A DNA stretch of 64,000 nt from Candidatus Nealsonbacteria bacterium (GCA_963820485.1 CAWFZW010000003.1:567-64566), one strand, 5' to 3'; shown: positions 43,608 to 53,327, counted from the stretch's first letter. Notes: generated from the letters alone by a model not told the origin. Made by a program: numbers and translations.

Positions 43608-44687
43608 TTAAAATAATCTGGCGACGTCTTTTATTGTTACTAAAACCATTAATAAAATTAATGCCATAAAAAATACTGCGGTAACTCTTTCTTCAATTTT
43701 CGGGGAAATCGGTCTTCTTCTTAAGGCTTCTATTCCGAGAAAAAGAAGTTTGCCTCCGTCAACCGCCGGAATCGGTAAAATATTGAAAATGGCAATATAA
43801 ATAGCTATCATTCCAACGAATTGCAAAAAATAACTTACTCCCAATTTACTGACTTGGGTAAATAAGTGAAATACTCCGACCGGCCCCATCAGTTCAACTC
43901 CCGAGGGCTTTCCTCCAATTATATTTTTTATTGCCTGGCCGTAGCCCTCAATTACGGCTCCAGTCATATTAACCGTTGCTAAAATCCCCTGCCAAGGAGA
44001 TAAATACCAAGGATAAGATTTTATGGTTGTTCTGATTAAAGCAACGCCCATCGGTCCTTCACCTGTTGGAGGAGACGAACGGGGTGTAATTTTCGCTTCA
44101 AAAACTTCCTTTCCCCTCTCAATTGTCAAAGTAATTTCTTTCCCTAGATTATTATTGGTGATTTCTTGAATTTCTTTTATTTTATTAACCGCAATTTTTT
44201 GATTGTCAATTATTAATTCTTTTATTGCGTCTCCGGGATTCAATCCCGCAATTTGAGCGGGAGAGCCGGCTGAAATACTGGTGATTTGAACTTTAGTATC
44301 TGCTAAATTTGAGTTGACTTCGTCCCCGATAGCAACCGAAGTTCCCAAATTAAAAACAACACTGAAAAGAATCGCCGCTATTATCCAGAAAGAAAGTACT
44401 CCGCCAAAAGCGATTAAAGCTCTTTTTGGAACCGACTGATTGGAAAAACTCCGAGGGTCTTCTGTTTTTCCGATTTCTCCCGGCATTTTAACAAAAGCTC
44501 CGAGGGGTAAAAGATTCAAAGAATAAATAGTTTCTCCTATTTTTTTCCCAAAAATTCTTGGCGGAAAACCAATACCGAATTCCTCCACTTTCACTCCGAA
44601 TTTTTTAGCTATAATAAAATGGCCGAATTCGTGAAGTGTTACTAACCCTATTAAACTAAATAAAGCAATTAAAATAGTTAAAAACAT
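43608..44687 (-). CDS. rseP: site-2 (M50) zinc metalloprotease RseP with PDZ domain
   Basis: HEFGHF, PDZ domain and NILPIPAVDGG. Confidence 0.9.
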   Translation of the reverse strand: MFLTILIALFSLIGLVTLHEFGHFIIAKKFGVKVEEFGIGFPPRIFGKKIGETIYSLNLLPLGAFVKMPGEIGKTEDPRSFSNQSVPKRALIAFGGVLSFWIIAAILFSVVFNLGTSVAIGDEVNSNLADTKVQITSISAGSPAQIAGLNPGDAIKELIIDNQKIAVNKIKEIQEITNNNLGKEITLTIERGKEVFEAKITPRSSPPTGEGPMGVALIRTTIKSYPWYLSPWQGILATVNMTGAVIEGYGQAIKNIIGGKPSGVELMGPVGVFHLFTQVSKLGVSYFLQFVGMIAIYIAIFNILPIPAVDGGKLLFLGIEALRRRPISPKIEERVTAVFFMALILLMVLVTIKDVARLF

Positions 44688-44691
44688 AAGA

Positions 44692-45267
44692 TCACTCCAT
44701 TATTTCTTTTTTCTTTTTTTCGCCTATTTTTTCAATTTTTTCCCCATATTCGTCAATCAAATCCTGGAGTTCGTCTTTCGCCCTGAATTTATCGTCTTCT
44801 CTCACCTTTCCCTCCCTGAATTTATTTTGAACTTCCTCCCAAACATCATCTCTCCAGTGCCTCATGGTTTTTCTCGCTTCTTCTTGTTTTTCAGAGATTA
44901 AACGAAGTAAATTTTTTCTGTATTCCTCGCTCAATGGGGGTAAATTTATTCTAACTACATCTTTATCAACGATGGGATTCGCCCCAGTGCCGGTTTTTTC
45001 TAAAGATTTTACAATTCCTTCCATGTATGATTTGTCCCAAGGCTGGATTAAAATCTGCTTTGGCTCCGGAATAGAAATCGCCGCTAACTGCTTCAAAGGA
45101 AAGCGCTGGCCGAAACAATCAACAACGACATCTTCAACTAAAGAAGGAGTCGCTCTTCCCGTCCTGATTTTTGCCAATTCCCTTTCTAAAAATGAAAAAA
45201 CTTTATCTAATTCGGGCTTTATTTTATTAATAAAATCTTTGTAATTTATAATCTCTTTATCTTGCAT
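44692..45267 (-). CDS. frr: ribosome recycling factor
   Basis: Typical RRF length, with RTGRATPSLVEDVVVD. Confidence 0.9.
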   Translation of the reverse strand: MQDKEIINYKDFINKIKPELDKVFSFLERELAKIRTGRATPSLVEDVVVDCFGQRFPLKQLAAISIPEPKQILIQPWDKSYMEGIVKSLEKTGTGANPIVDKDVVRINLPPLSEEYRKNLLRLISEKQEEARKTMRHWRDDVWEEVQNKFREGKVREDDKFRAKDELQDLIDEYGEKIEKIGEKKKKEIME

Positions 45268-45273
45268 ATTTAG

Positions 45274-46137
45274 CTACAATTCCAACATTAATATTTCCAA
45301 AACTAACCTTTGATTGATATTGGTTGTTGAAAGTAAAAAGTTGGTTTCTTGGATTTTTTCAATTATTTTCTTTATTTTATTTAAAGAATCTAAGTTTTTT
45401 TGATTAATTTTTTCAAATAAAATATTTCTAAAATAAGACAGCCAAACTTCTAAAATTTCTTTTAAATTATTTTTTTGAGCCAATTCTTTGGCGTATTGAA
45501 ACTTATCAGCTAAATCTAGGCTTAAAATCTTATCGGCTGTTTTTATATTTTTTTGCCATTCTTCTAATTTTTCTGAACTAGAAATAAAATCTATTGCCCT
45601 GCCGGGTCTCCCCATAGAAATTTTTAATATTTCCTGGATTTTTCCCTCATTTATTTTTTCTTTTTTTAAATAATTTTCAATTTCTTTTTGGGAAACGGGA
45701 TAAAACTTAATACTTTGGCAACGGGAAAGAATAGTTGAAAGTAAAGAATCGGGATGCTCGGTAATCAAAACCAGATAAGTGTTTTCTTTTGGCTCCTCAA
45801 GTGTTTTTAAAAAACAATTCTGCGCTTCTTGATTCATCAAGTGCGATTTATCTATTATCGCCACTTTTAAAGGAGCAGCATAGGGTTTTAAGGACAATTT
45901 CCAGATTAGTTCCCTAATTTGAGAAATCTTAATTTCTTTTTCTTCGGGTTCAATTAAGATTAAATCGGGATTTTTTTCTAATTTAACATTTTCTCCAAAT
46001 AATAATTGAATCCATTCCAAAGCGACTTTTCTTTTACCCACTTTTTCCGGACCGGAAAACAAATAAGCATGGGATATTTTTCCGAGTTCAGCTGATTTTT
46101 TTAAAAACTGCCACTGTTTTTGATGCCCCACTATCAT
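45274..46137 (-). CDS. holB: DNA polymerase III delta-prime subunit
   Basis: HAYLFSGPEKVGKRK, and the SRC-like LSRCQSIKF. Confidence 0.75.
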   Translation of the reverse strand: MIVGHQKQWQFLKKSAELGKISHAYLFSGPEKVGKRKVALEWIQLLFGENVKLEKNPDLILIEPEEKEIKISQIRELIWKLSLKPYAAPLKVAIIDKSHLMNQEAQNCFLKTLEEPKENTYLVLITEHPDSLLSTILSRCQSIKFYPVSQKEIENYLKKEKINEGKIQEILKISMGRPGRAIDFISSSEKLEEWQKNIKTADKILSLDLADKFQYAKELAQKNNLKEILEVWLSYFRNILFEKINQKNLDSLNKIKKIIEKIQETNFLLSTTNINQRLVLEILMLEL

Positions 46138-47145
46138 TTACTTTTTAGACATTATACTTTTTTTATATACTTCTAAGTTCTCCAGAACTACTCCCGTTCC
46201 TTTTGCGACGCAAAGCAATGGTTCATCGGCTAAAAAACAAGGAACACCGGTATACTGAGAAATTCTTTCGTCAATATTCCTTAAAAGCGCTCCCCCTCCA
46301 GAAATAACCATTCCTTTATCCATAATATCAGCCGATAATTCGGGAGGAGTATCTCTTAAAACTAATTTAATAACCTGGGTAATTTCATCTAAAACATCCG
46401 AAATTGCTTGGCAAACTTCGTTGGATGAAATTTTGATTGTCCGCGGCAGTCCTAAAATCAAATCTCTTCCTCTGATTTCCAAAAATTTCTCTTCTTTTTC
46501 AGGAAGAGCCGTGCCAATTTTTATTTTTATTTCTTCAGCGGTCTGTTCTCCCATTGCTAAATTATATTTTTTTCTGATATATTCTGAAATTGCCAAATCA
46601 ATTTTATCTCCAGCCACTCTGGCAGATTTAGCGCAAACTATTCCTCCCAAAGAAATTACTGCTACTTCTGCCGTTCCCCCGCCAATATCTACAATCATAT
46701 GGCCAGAACAAGAATTAATGGGAATACCAGCGCCAATAGCAGCCAAAATTGGTTCTTTGGCGATATAAACCGCTTTAGCGCCGGCTGAAATTCCGGCTTC
46801 AATCACCGCTCTCCTTTCAGTTGAAGTAGCTCCGGCTGGAATTCCAATCATTAATTCTGGTTTCAAAAAGCGAAATCTCCCTGAAACTTTCTCAATAAAA
46901 TATTTCAGCATTGCCTGGGTGACCCTGAAATCAGCGATTACTCCGTCTTTCAAAGGTCGGTAAACCCTGATAGTATCGGGAGTTCTTCCTGTCATTTCTT
47001 TTGCTGCTTCTCCTACAGCTAAAATTTTATTTTCAGAAATAGCCACTGCCACAACTGACGGTTCTTGCAAAACCGGCCCCTTTTTAGGAAGAAAAACAAC
47101 TGAATTACAAGTCCCTAAATCAATTCCAATTTTTGTTACGGGCAT
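46138..47145 (-). CDS. mreB: MreB paralogue 2
   Basis: IDLGTCNSVVF and DIGGGTAEVAVISLGG. Confidence 0.85.
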   Translation of the reverse strand: MPVTKIGIDLGTCNSVVFLPKKGPVLQEPSVVAVAISENKILAVGEAAKEMTGRTPDTIRVYRPLKDGVIADFRVTQAMLKYFIEKVSGRFRFLKPELMIGIPAGATSTERRAVIEAGISAGAKAVYIAKEPILAAIGAGIPINSCSGHMIVDIGGGTAEVAVISLGGIVCAKSARVAGDKIDLAISEYIRKKYNLAMGEQTAEEIKIKIGTALPEKEEKFLEIRGRDLILGLPRTIKISSNEVCQAISDVLDEITQVIKLVLRDTPPELSADIMDKGMVISGGGALLRNIDERISQYTGVPCFLADEPLLCVAKGTGVVLENLEVYKKSIMSKK

Positions 47146-47186
47146 AATTTTTTAAGATTTTTAACTCTTTTATCTTAACTTAAAAT

Positions 47187-48395
47187 TTAATTTTTAGCAA
47201 CCTTTTTAGCGGAATCAACATTGGGGGCAAACCTTTTTCCAAAAATTCCTCCACCAAGAATAAAAATACCGCCGAGAATAAATATCAAAGGATAGCCAAG
47301 AGGACCAATTATTAAACCGCCGATTATTGAACCTACGGCAATGGCTAAAGGCGCAAAAACCGTATCAACGGCAGCTGATTCTTCTGGATATTCCTTTAAT
47401 TTGGCGGTTAACAACCCCGACCTGCCCGATCCCGCCATTAATCCCCCGATATACTGTCCGAGTAATATGAAAAACGCAAAATAAAAATTCAGAATACTAA
47501 CTAATCCTCCTAATAAAACCGAGAAAATACCCGTAATTTGACTGCCGCGGGAAACATTTATCTCGCTTTTGAATTTAGCGACTTGTTTTATTACCCAAAT
47601 GGAAATTGGCAAAAACACCAAAGATAATAGTGAATTAAAAAATAAAATTTTGTTTTGCGACCAGCCAAGATTTTTCAAAAATAAAACAAAAAATGTATTA
47701 TTGAACCCCGCCAGCATCAAAACTAAAAAGGAAAGAGAAATAAAAAATGAAATATCTTTTTTCTTTATACCGCTTAAAACTTTCAAGTAATTATTGTTTG
47801 ATTCTTTAATCGTAATATTTTCAGTTAAATTAGTTGTTTGTTTTCTTAATTTGGTAAAGCAGAAAATAGCATTAAAAACCTGTAAAACCAAACTTAAAAC
47901 GAAAACGCCGATGAAATCAAATTTCCAGATAAAAAGAGCTCCGACTGCCGGCGCTATTGCATCAGCATAAGAGGGAGCTGAATAATACCAGGCGAAACTT
48001 CTATCTGGGTTTTCTAATTTGGAACCCATTAAAATTGCCCGAGAAGAAACAAAAAACAGAGACGCTGAAATGCCCAAAATTATCTGAAATAAATAAAAAA
48101 CAAAAAGATTCGGGAAAAAAATCATTCCCAATGCATAAATTCCATATCCGAAAATTCCGACAGCCGTTAAAACAGCGGGATTTATTCTGTGATTTAAAAA
48201 TCCGATTATTGGGGCAAAAAGAGCGATTGGTAAATAAATCAAAAAATTAGTGTAGCCGATTTGGGGTAAAGAAAAATTTTTCGCCACCAAAAATAAAGGA
48301 AAATAAAGAGAAAAAAGCTTATAGCCGAACATTAAAAGAAAATGCGATATCGTCGCATCTCTGGTAATTTTTTCAATTTTCGGAAAAATGGACAT
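47187..48395 (-). CDS. MFS-type transporter
   Basis: About 12 TM, 402 aa. Confidence 0.6.
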   Translation of the reverse strand: MSIFPKIEKITRDATISHFLLMFGYKLFSLYFPLFLVAKNFSLPQIGYTNFLIYLPIALFAPIIGFLNHRINPAVLTAVGIFGYGIYALGMIFFPNLFVFYLFQIILGISASLFFVSSRAILMGSKLENPDRSFAWYYSAPSYADAIAPAVGALFIWKFDFIGVFVLSLVLQVFNAIFCFTKLRKQTTNLTENITIKESNNNYLKVLSGIKKKDISFFISLSFLVLMLAGFNNTFFVLFLKNLGWSQNKILFFNSLLSLVFLPISIWVIKQVAKFKSEINVSRGSQITGIFSVLLGGLVSILNFYFAFFILLGQYIGGLMAGSGRSGLLTAKLKEYPEESAAVDTVFAPLAIAVGSIIGGLIIGPLGYPLIFILGGIFILGGGIFGKRFAPNVDSAKKVAKN

Positions 48396-48516
48396 ATATA
48401 ATATTTTAGCAGTTTTTGAATTTATTTAAAATTAAAATGTGCTCAGCCTCCAAATATAATTCACCATTTGGTCTACGGCTTCAAATTGAGGTATAATAAA
48501 TATTGATAATAATTTT

Positions 48517-49950
48517 ATGACTAAACGCACTCGGACGATTTTATTTTACATTTGTGTTTTTTTATTTCTCTTGGTTTCTCCCCTGATAATTCTTTATTCT
48601 CAAGGCTATAGGATTGATTTTAATCCGCCAGCTGAAGGTAAGATATTAACTAAAACCGGTGGATTTTTTTTGAAAATTGAACCGAAACAAACCGAAATTT
48701 ATATTAATAAAAATTTGGTAAAAAAGACTGATTTTTTCTTTGGCTCGGTCTTGATTGAAAATCTTCTGCCTAAAAAATACGATGTTTCAATAAAAAAGGA
48801 TGGTTATCAGGATTGGGAGAAAAACTTGGAGGTGAAAGAAAATTTGGTAACCGAAGCGAAAAACATTGTTTTAATCCCAAAAAACCTGAATTTTCAAATT
48901 TTGGCTAAGGAAGTAAAAGATTTATTTTTAGCGCCAGATGAAAGAAAAATGATTCTTAAAAAAGAAAACGAAGAAGGCTGGTATCTAACTTTATTTGATT
49001 TGGAAAAAAATACGGGGTCGGTTCTATTGGAAGAGAAAAATCTTTCGCAAAAAAAAATTGATTTTTTGAGTCTACAATGGTCGTCTGATTCAAAAAAAAT
49101 TATTTTAGAAAGCGTAGTTAGTAAGGTTAAAAAATACTTTATTTTTGAACTTGAAAACCCCCTACCTATTTCGCCAATCCCTATAGATTTTTTAAGGATA
49201 CCTGAAAAAATTTCTTTTAATTCCAGAGATTCTCAAAAATTATTTTCTTCAAAAGAGAAGGCTCTCTTTTTGAAATTGATTACAAAACAAAAGTAATTTC
49301 TGAACCAATTTTAACCGATTTGATAACTTACGAGGTTTCTGGAATTAGTATTTTCGGCTTAGACGCTTCGGGCTTATTTTTTACTTATAATTCTGATTAA
49401 TAAGGCTCAAAGAAATATTAAATATAGAGCCGTTTTCTATCAAAAAAGATGCGTCTTATCAGGTTTTTCTGAATTTGCCGGAAATTTTCTTGAAAGAAGA
49501 CAACGTTCTTTTCAAATTTAATTACGATTCAAAAATTTTTGAAAAAGTTTTTGAACCAGTAAAAGATTTAAAATTTTCTCAAGACAAAAAAAAGTTGATG
49601 TTTTTTAACGATTATGAAGTTTGGGTTTTATATTTAAAAGATATTTTAATTGAATCTCCCAAAAAAGCTGGCGACCTTCAGTTAATTTCCCGTTTTTCGG
49701 AAAAGATTAACCAAGTTTTTTGGTTAACCGACTATTATTTAATTTTTAATCTTGGAGATAAATTTAAAATTACTGAAATTGATGACAGGGATAGAATCCA
49801 AATTTGGGACCTTGGTTCATTTAAAGACCCCTAAGGATAGCGAGAGTCGGAACCTACGGGGCAGGCTGAAATTTTCTGGAATCAAAATAATAAAGAATTA
49901 TATATTTTAAGCGAAGGAAATTTTTATAAATCAGAAGAACTAATTAAATA
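48517..49950 (+). pseudogene. PEGA-domain / beta-propeller-like envelope protein, several frameshifts, plus a Family-A element carrying in-frame stops
   Basis: N-terminal TM and PEGA-like YDVSIKKDGYQDWEKNLEV. The reading frame changes at about 49296-49475. TAA GGA TAG at 49832-49840. Confidence 0.5.
49831..49861 (+). repeat. Family-A element, copy A10 (degenerate, same orientation relative to its host gene as the others)
   Basis: CTAAGGATAGCGAGAGTCGGAACCTACGGGG. Confidence 0.45.
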
Positions 49951-49976
49951 ATTAGTAAATATCCCTGTTGTCCAAT

Positions 49977-50004
49977 TAAAAAACAGCTTTAAAATAGCTG
50001 TTTT
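49977..50004. terminator. bidirectional terminator between convergent genes
   Basis: AAAAAACAGCT-TTAAAAT-AGCTGTTTT. Confidence 0.7.
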
Positions 50005-50018
50005 AATATGTCAAAAAA

Positions 50019-50705
50019 TTATTCTGTTTTTTCTATTTTTTTCTTAAACTCTTCCCAATTCACTTCGCCGCCATTTGCGATATTACAAACTTCTCTAAAA
50101 GCACAATACTTACATTGCCAGTCGTCTGGATAAGTCGGGATTCTCGCTGGGATTATATTTGAATCAATTTTTGTTTTAAGTTCGGAAAGGCTTTTCAAAA
50201 GCGACTGAACAAGATTAGGATTATAATTAACTAAAAACTCTTTTAACTCCAAGCTGTCTTTGTTTACATAAAGTAAGATACCTCTTGGTATTTTGAAAAA
50301 GTGCAAATAAAGCTGGAGCTGATTAATATTGTCTTCTTTAGCTTCTTCCAAGTTCTTAAAAATCATACTGTTCATACTTTTAATATCCAAAACATACAAA
50401 TCTTTACCGTCTGAAATTATGGCGTCGGCTCGGCCGGATATTAATTCTTGAGGGCCGATTTTTACTTCTGAAGCCACCACATGAATTTCTCTTATACTTA
50501 ACAAGGGCCTCATTATCAACTGGTGAACCTGGTCGCCGTGGTCAAACATTCTTAAAACTCTAGCTTCCATTTCAGCTCTTGGAGCGTTTTTAAATTTAAA
50601 GAAAACTGCCCTTGGACATTTTCCCGCATCAGTAATATAAAAACGGCTTTGTTCTCTATCTTTTTGTTTATCCAAATAAAATTTGTCAATAAATTCTTTT
50701 AACAT
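50019..50705 (-). CDS. PD-(D/E)xK nuclease with Cas4/RecB-type cysteine cluster
   Basis: N-terminal DAGKCPR, VLDIKS (D-x-K), QLQLY and C-terminal CKYCAFREVC. Start moved to MLKEFIDKF, downstream of a TATAAT box. Confidence 0.6.
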   Translation of the reverse strand: MLKEFIDKFYLDKQKDREQSRFYITDAGKCPRAVFFKFKNAPRAEMEARVLRMFDHGDQVHQLIMRPLLSIREIHVVASEVKIGPQELISGRADAIISDGKDLYVLDIKSMNSMIFKNLEEAKEDNINQLQLYLHFFKIPRGILLYVNKDSLELKEFLVNYNPNLVQSLLKSLSELKTKIDSNIIPARIPTYPDDWQCKYCAFREVCNIANGGEVNWEEFKKKIEKTE

Positions 50706-50772
50706 ATGATATATTTTAACAAAAAAGAGTATTATAAGCAATACTCTCTTTTCTTTTTTTTTAATAATAATT

Positions 50773-51324
50773 TTATCTCTTCGCCCATTGAGGGGCTTTC
50801 CTGGCTCTTTTTAAGCCGAATTTCTTTCTTTCCCGCATTCTGGAATCACGGGTTAAGTAACCCGCTCTTTTTAATCTTTTTCTGAAATCAGGGTTAAAAA
50901 GAGTAAGAGCTCTGGAAATTCCGTGTCTTAGAGCTTCAGCTTGAGCGTGCAAACCGCCACCTTTTATAATAGCTGATACATGAAATTTATCAGCGCATTT
51001 CATTTTTTGCAAAGGAGCTTGAATAATCTGTTGAAGTTCCAGATTTGAAAAATAAATATTGTAGGGTTTACTATTGATTAAAATTGTTTTTTCTCCCCGG
51101 GTTAAAAGCCGAACCCTGGCAACCGCCGTTTTTCTCCTTCCTACCGTTTCCCAATATTTATCTGGCTGCGTAATAGATGGTTTTATTTTAACTTCTTTTT
51201 TAGCTTTTTTGGAAGCTATTTTTTTTACCTTTTCTGTTTTTTTGACTCTGCCTCTTCGGCGAGTCGCCGATGAGGCGACTTTTTTTATCTCTTTTTTGGT
51301 TTTAGCAGTTTTAGTTTTTACCAT
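50773..51324 (-). CDS. rpsI: 30S ribosomal protein S9 with Lys-rich N-terminal extension
   Basis: GRRKTAVARVRL ... YLTRDSRMRERKKFGLKRARKAPQWAKR. Confidence 0.9.
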   Translation of the reverse strand: MVKTKTAKTKKEIKKVASSATRRRGRVKKTEKVKKIASKKAKKEVKIKPSITQPDKYWETVGRRKTAVARVRLLTRGEKTILINSKPYNIYFSNLELQQIIQAPLQKMKCADKFHVSAIIKGGGLHAQAEALRHGISRALTLFNPDFRKRLKRAGYLTRDSRMRERKKFGLKRARKAPQWAKR

Positions 51325-51356
51325 AAATTATTCAAATTTAGCCGCTACGCAGAAAT

Positions 51357-51716
51357 TTACTGCGTAAATTTTAATCTTTTTATCATCTTCGCTCTTAATT
51401 TATTCTTGGGCAACATTCCAAAAACGGCTTTTTTCAAAATTAGGGTCGGGTCTTTCTCAAAAATTTTCTTAAATGTTGTTTCTTTAAGGCCGCCGGGATA
51501 TCCTGAATGCCTATAATATTTTTTTTGCTCGGCTTTTTTCCCCGTTACTTTAATTTTATTGACATTTTTAATAACCACAAAATCTCCCCTGTCCAAATAA
51601 GGAACAAAATTGGGTTTGTTTTTGCCGCGCAATAAAACCGCTATTTCACTGGCCAAGCGGCCGAGTACTTTACCTGCGGCGTCAATTGTATGGGTTTTTC
51701 GCTGAACTTTTTCCAT
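51357..51716 (-). CDS. rplM: 50S ribosomal protein L13
   Basis: DAAGKVLGRLASEIAVLLRGKNKP. Confidence 0.9.
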   Translation of the reverse strand: MEKVQRKTHTIDAAGKVLGRLASEIAVLLRGKNKPNFVPYLDRGDFVVIKNVNKIKVTGKKAEQKKYYRHSGYPGGLKETTFKKIFEKDPTLILKKAVFGMLPKNKLRAKMIKRLKFTQ

Positions 51717-51756
51717 AATTTAGAACGAAGTGATAAATTAGAATACGCCCTAGGCG

Positions 51757-51786
51757 TTCAAGGTTCTCGCGAAGCGAGATTCTTAA
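51757..51786 (-). repeat. Family-A element, copy A6
   Basis: TTCAAGGTTCTCGCGAAGCGAGATTCTTAA. Confidence 0.7.
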
Positions 51787-51795
51787 TCCGTTAGG

Positions 51796-51827
51796 ATCAA
51801 GGTTCTCGCTGAAAGCGAGGTTCTTAT
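51796..51827 (-). repeat. Family-A element, copy A7
   Basis: ATCAAGGTTCTCGCTGAAAGCGAGGTTCTTAT. Confidence 0.75.
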
Positions 51828-51847
51828 ATCAACGAAGTCGCTATTTT

Positions 51848-52198
51848 TTATTTTATCAATTCAATAATCGCCATTTTCGCCCCGTCGGTTTTCCTTTGAC
51901 CGAGTTTTATTATTCTGGTATAACCGCCCTTTCTTTCTTTATACCGCGGAGCAATTTCGCTGAATAGTTTTTTAACTGTTCCGGGAGAAAAAAACTTCGC
52001 CAATAATCTTTTTGAAGCCAAATTTCCTTTTTTGGCTCTGGTGATAAATTTTTCAGCTAATCTTGAAATTTCTTTTGCTTTGGCTTCGGTGGTTTTAATT
52101 CTGTCTTTCAAAATTATAGCAGAAATCAAGCTCTTTAACAGAGCTTTTCTTTGGTCGCGCATTCTTCCGAATTTTCTTTCTTTTTTGAAATGCTTCAT
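51848..52198 (-). CDS. rplQ: 50S ribosomal protein L17
   Basis: MKHFKKERKFGRMRDQRKALLKSL. Confidence 0.9.
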   Translation of the reverse strand: MKHFKKERKFGRMRDQRKALLKSLISAIILKDRIKTTEAKAKEISRLAEKFITRAKKGNLASKRLLAKFFSPGTVKKLFSEIAPRYKERKGGYTRIIKLGQRKTDGAKMAIIELIK

Positions 52199-52214
52199 AG
52201 GTTAATCCATTAGG

Positions 52215-52246
52215 ATCAAGGTCCTCGCCGAAGGCGAGGTTCTTAC
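52215..52246 (-). repeat. Family-A element, copy A8; supplies the rpoA stop codon
   Basis: ATCAAGGTCCTCGCCGAAGGCGAGGTTCTTAC. The TAA at 52243-52245 is the rpoA stop. Confidence 0.75.
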
Positions 52247-53166
52247 TCTTTTAACTCAAATCCGAATTTTTTCAATATTTTTTTAATTTCTTTTATTCCC
52301 TTTTCTCCCATACCTTCCAATTCCAAAAGACTCTTCTCGCTTCTTCTTATAATTACGCCGAGTGTTTGAATACCGTTATTTTGAAGAGCATGAAGTGTCC
52401 TTTTTGAAAATTTTAAGTTTTCAATTTTTGTTTTTAAAACGTCTTCTCCTGGAACCGCTTTTATTTCCGGTTTTTTTTCTTTTACTTTAAAAGCTTCGCC
52501 AATTAAAGAAAAATGTTTAGCTAATATTTCCGAGGCCTGAGAAAAAGCCGTTTCCGGGGTAGTTGTTCCGTCGGTTTCAATCTCTAAAAATAATTTGTCA
52601 AAATCCGTTCTTTCACCTACCCGCATATTCTCCACTCGAAAAGCTATTCTTTTTATTGGAGTAAAAATAGCGTCAATGGCAATTACTCCAACTTCTAATT
52701 TCTCTTTTTTTCTTCTTTCAACGGTTTCATATCCTAATCCTTTTTCAACGAGAATTTCCATTTCAAGCTCCGATTTTTTATCGGTTAAGGTGGCAATATG
52801 GGCATTTTTGTTTATTAATTCTAATTGAGCGGGCAACTCAAAATCAGACGCTTTTACTTCTTTTTCGCCTTTTACCTTAAGGTTGGCTCTTTGAGATTCA
52901 TCAGAATAAATTTTAAATCTAAGCTGTTTCAAATTTAATAAAATTGTAATCACATCTTCTAAAATCCCGGGAACTGTTGAAAATTCATGGGGTACTCCCT
53001 TAATTTTTACCTGAGTAATAGCTGCTCCCGGTAAAGAAGAAAGTAAAACTCTTCGCAGTGAATTTCCAATTGTTACTCCATATCCGGGATACAATGCTTC
53101 TATCTCAAAGACGACAGTGTTTCCCTTTTTTTCAATAATTTTTGGTTGAAGTGGTAATGGTATCAT
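52243..53166 (-). CDS. rpoA: DNA-directed RNA polymerase alpha subunit
   Basis: N-terminal domain GNSLRRVLLSSLPGAAIT and C-terminal domain. Confidence 0.9.
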   Translation of the reverse strand: MIPLPLQPKIIEKKGNTVVFEIEALYPGYGVTIGNSLRRVLLSSLPGAAITQVKIKGVPHEFSTVPGILEDVITILLNLKQLRFKIYSDESQRANLKVKGEKEVKASDFELPAQLELINKNAHIATLTDKKSELEMEILVEKGLGYETVERRKKEKLEVGVIAIDAIFTPIKRIAFRVENMRVGERTDFDKLFLEIETDGTTTPETAFSQASEILAKHFSLIGEAFKVKEKKPEIKAVPGEDVLKTKIENLKFSKRTLHALQNNGIQTLGVIIRRSEKSLLELEGMGEKGIKEIKKILKKFGFELKE

Positions 53167-53326
53167 AGTAGTAATATAAAGTTAATCGCTCGCCCTCATC
53201 CAGCCTTACGGCTGGCGGTTGCCTGAGGTAACCTTCGGGCTCGCTCTTTAAAAACTCTCTGTTTTTAATATTTTCCTACACGGGAAAACCGAATGGTTTT
53301 CCCGACCTCCTTCCGATGTGGGATTT
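53167..53326 (-). ncRNA. E-family structured element, copy 3 (ends 1 nt before the rpoA ATG, starts just after the rpsD stop)
   Basis: The core is conserved, with compensatory changes (GGGAAAACC/GGTTTTCCC; TTAAAAAC/GTTTTTAA). The variable 3' domain is replaced. Confidence 0.5.
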
Positions 53327-53327
53327 A

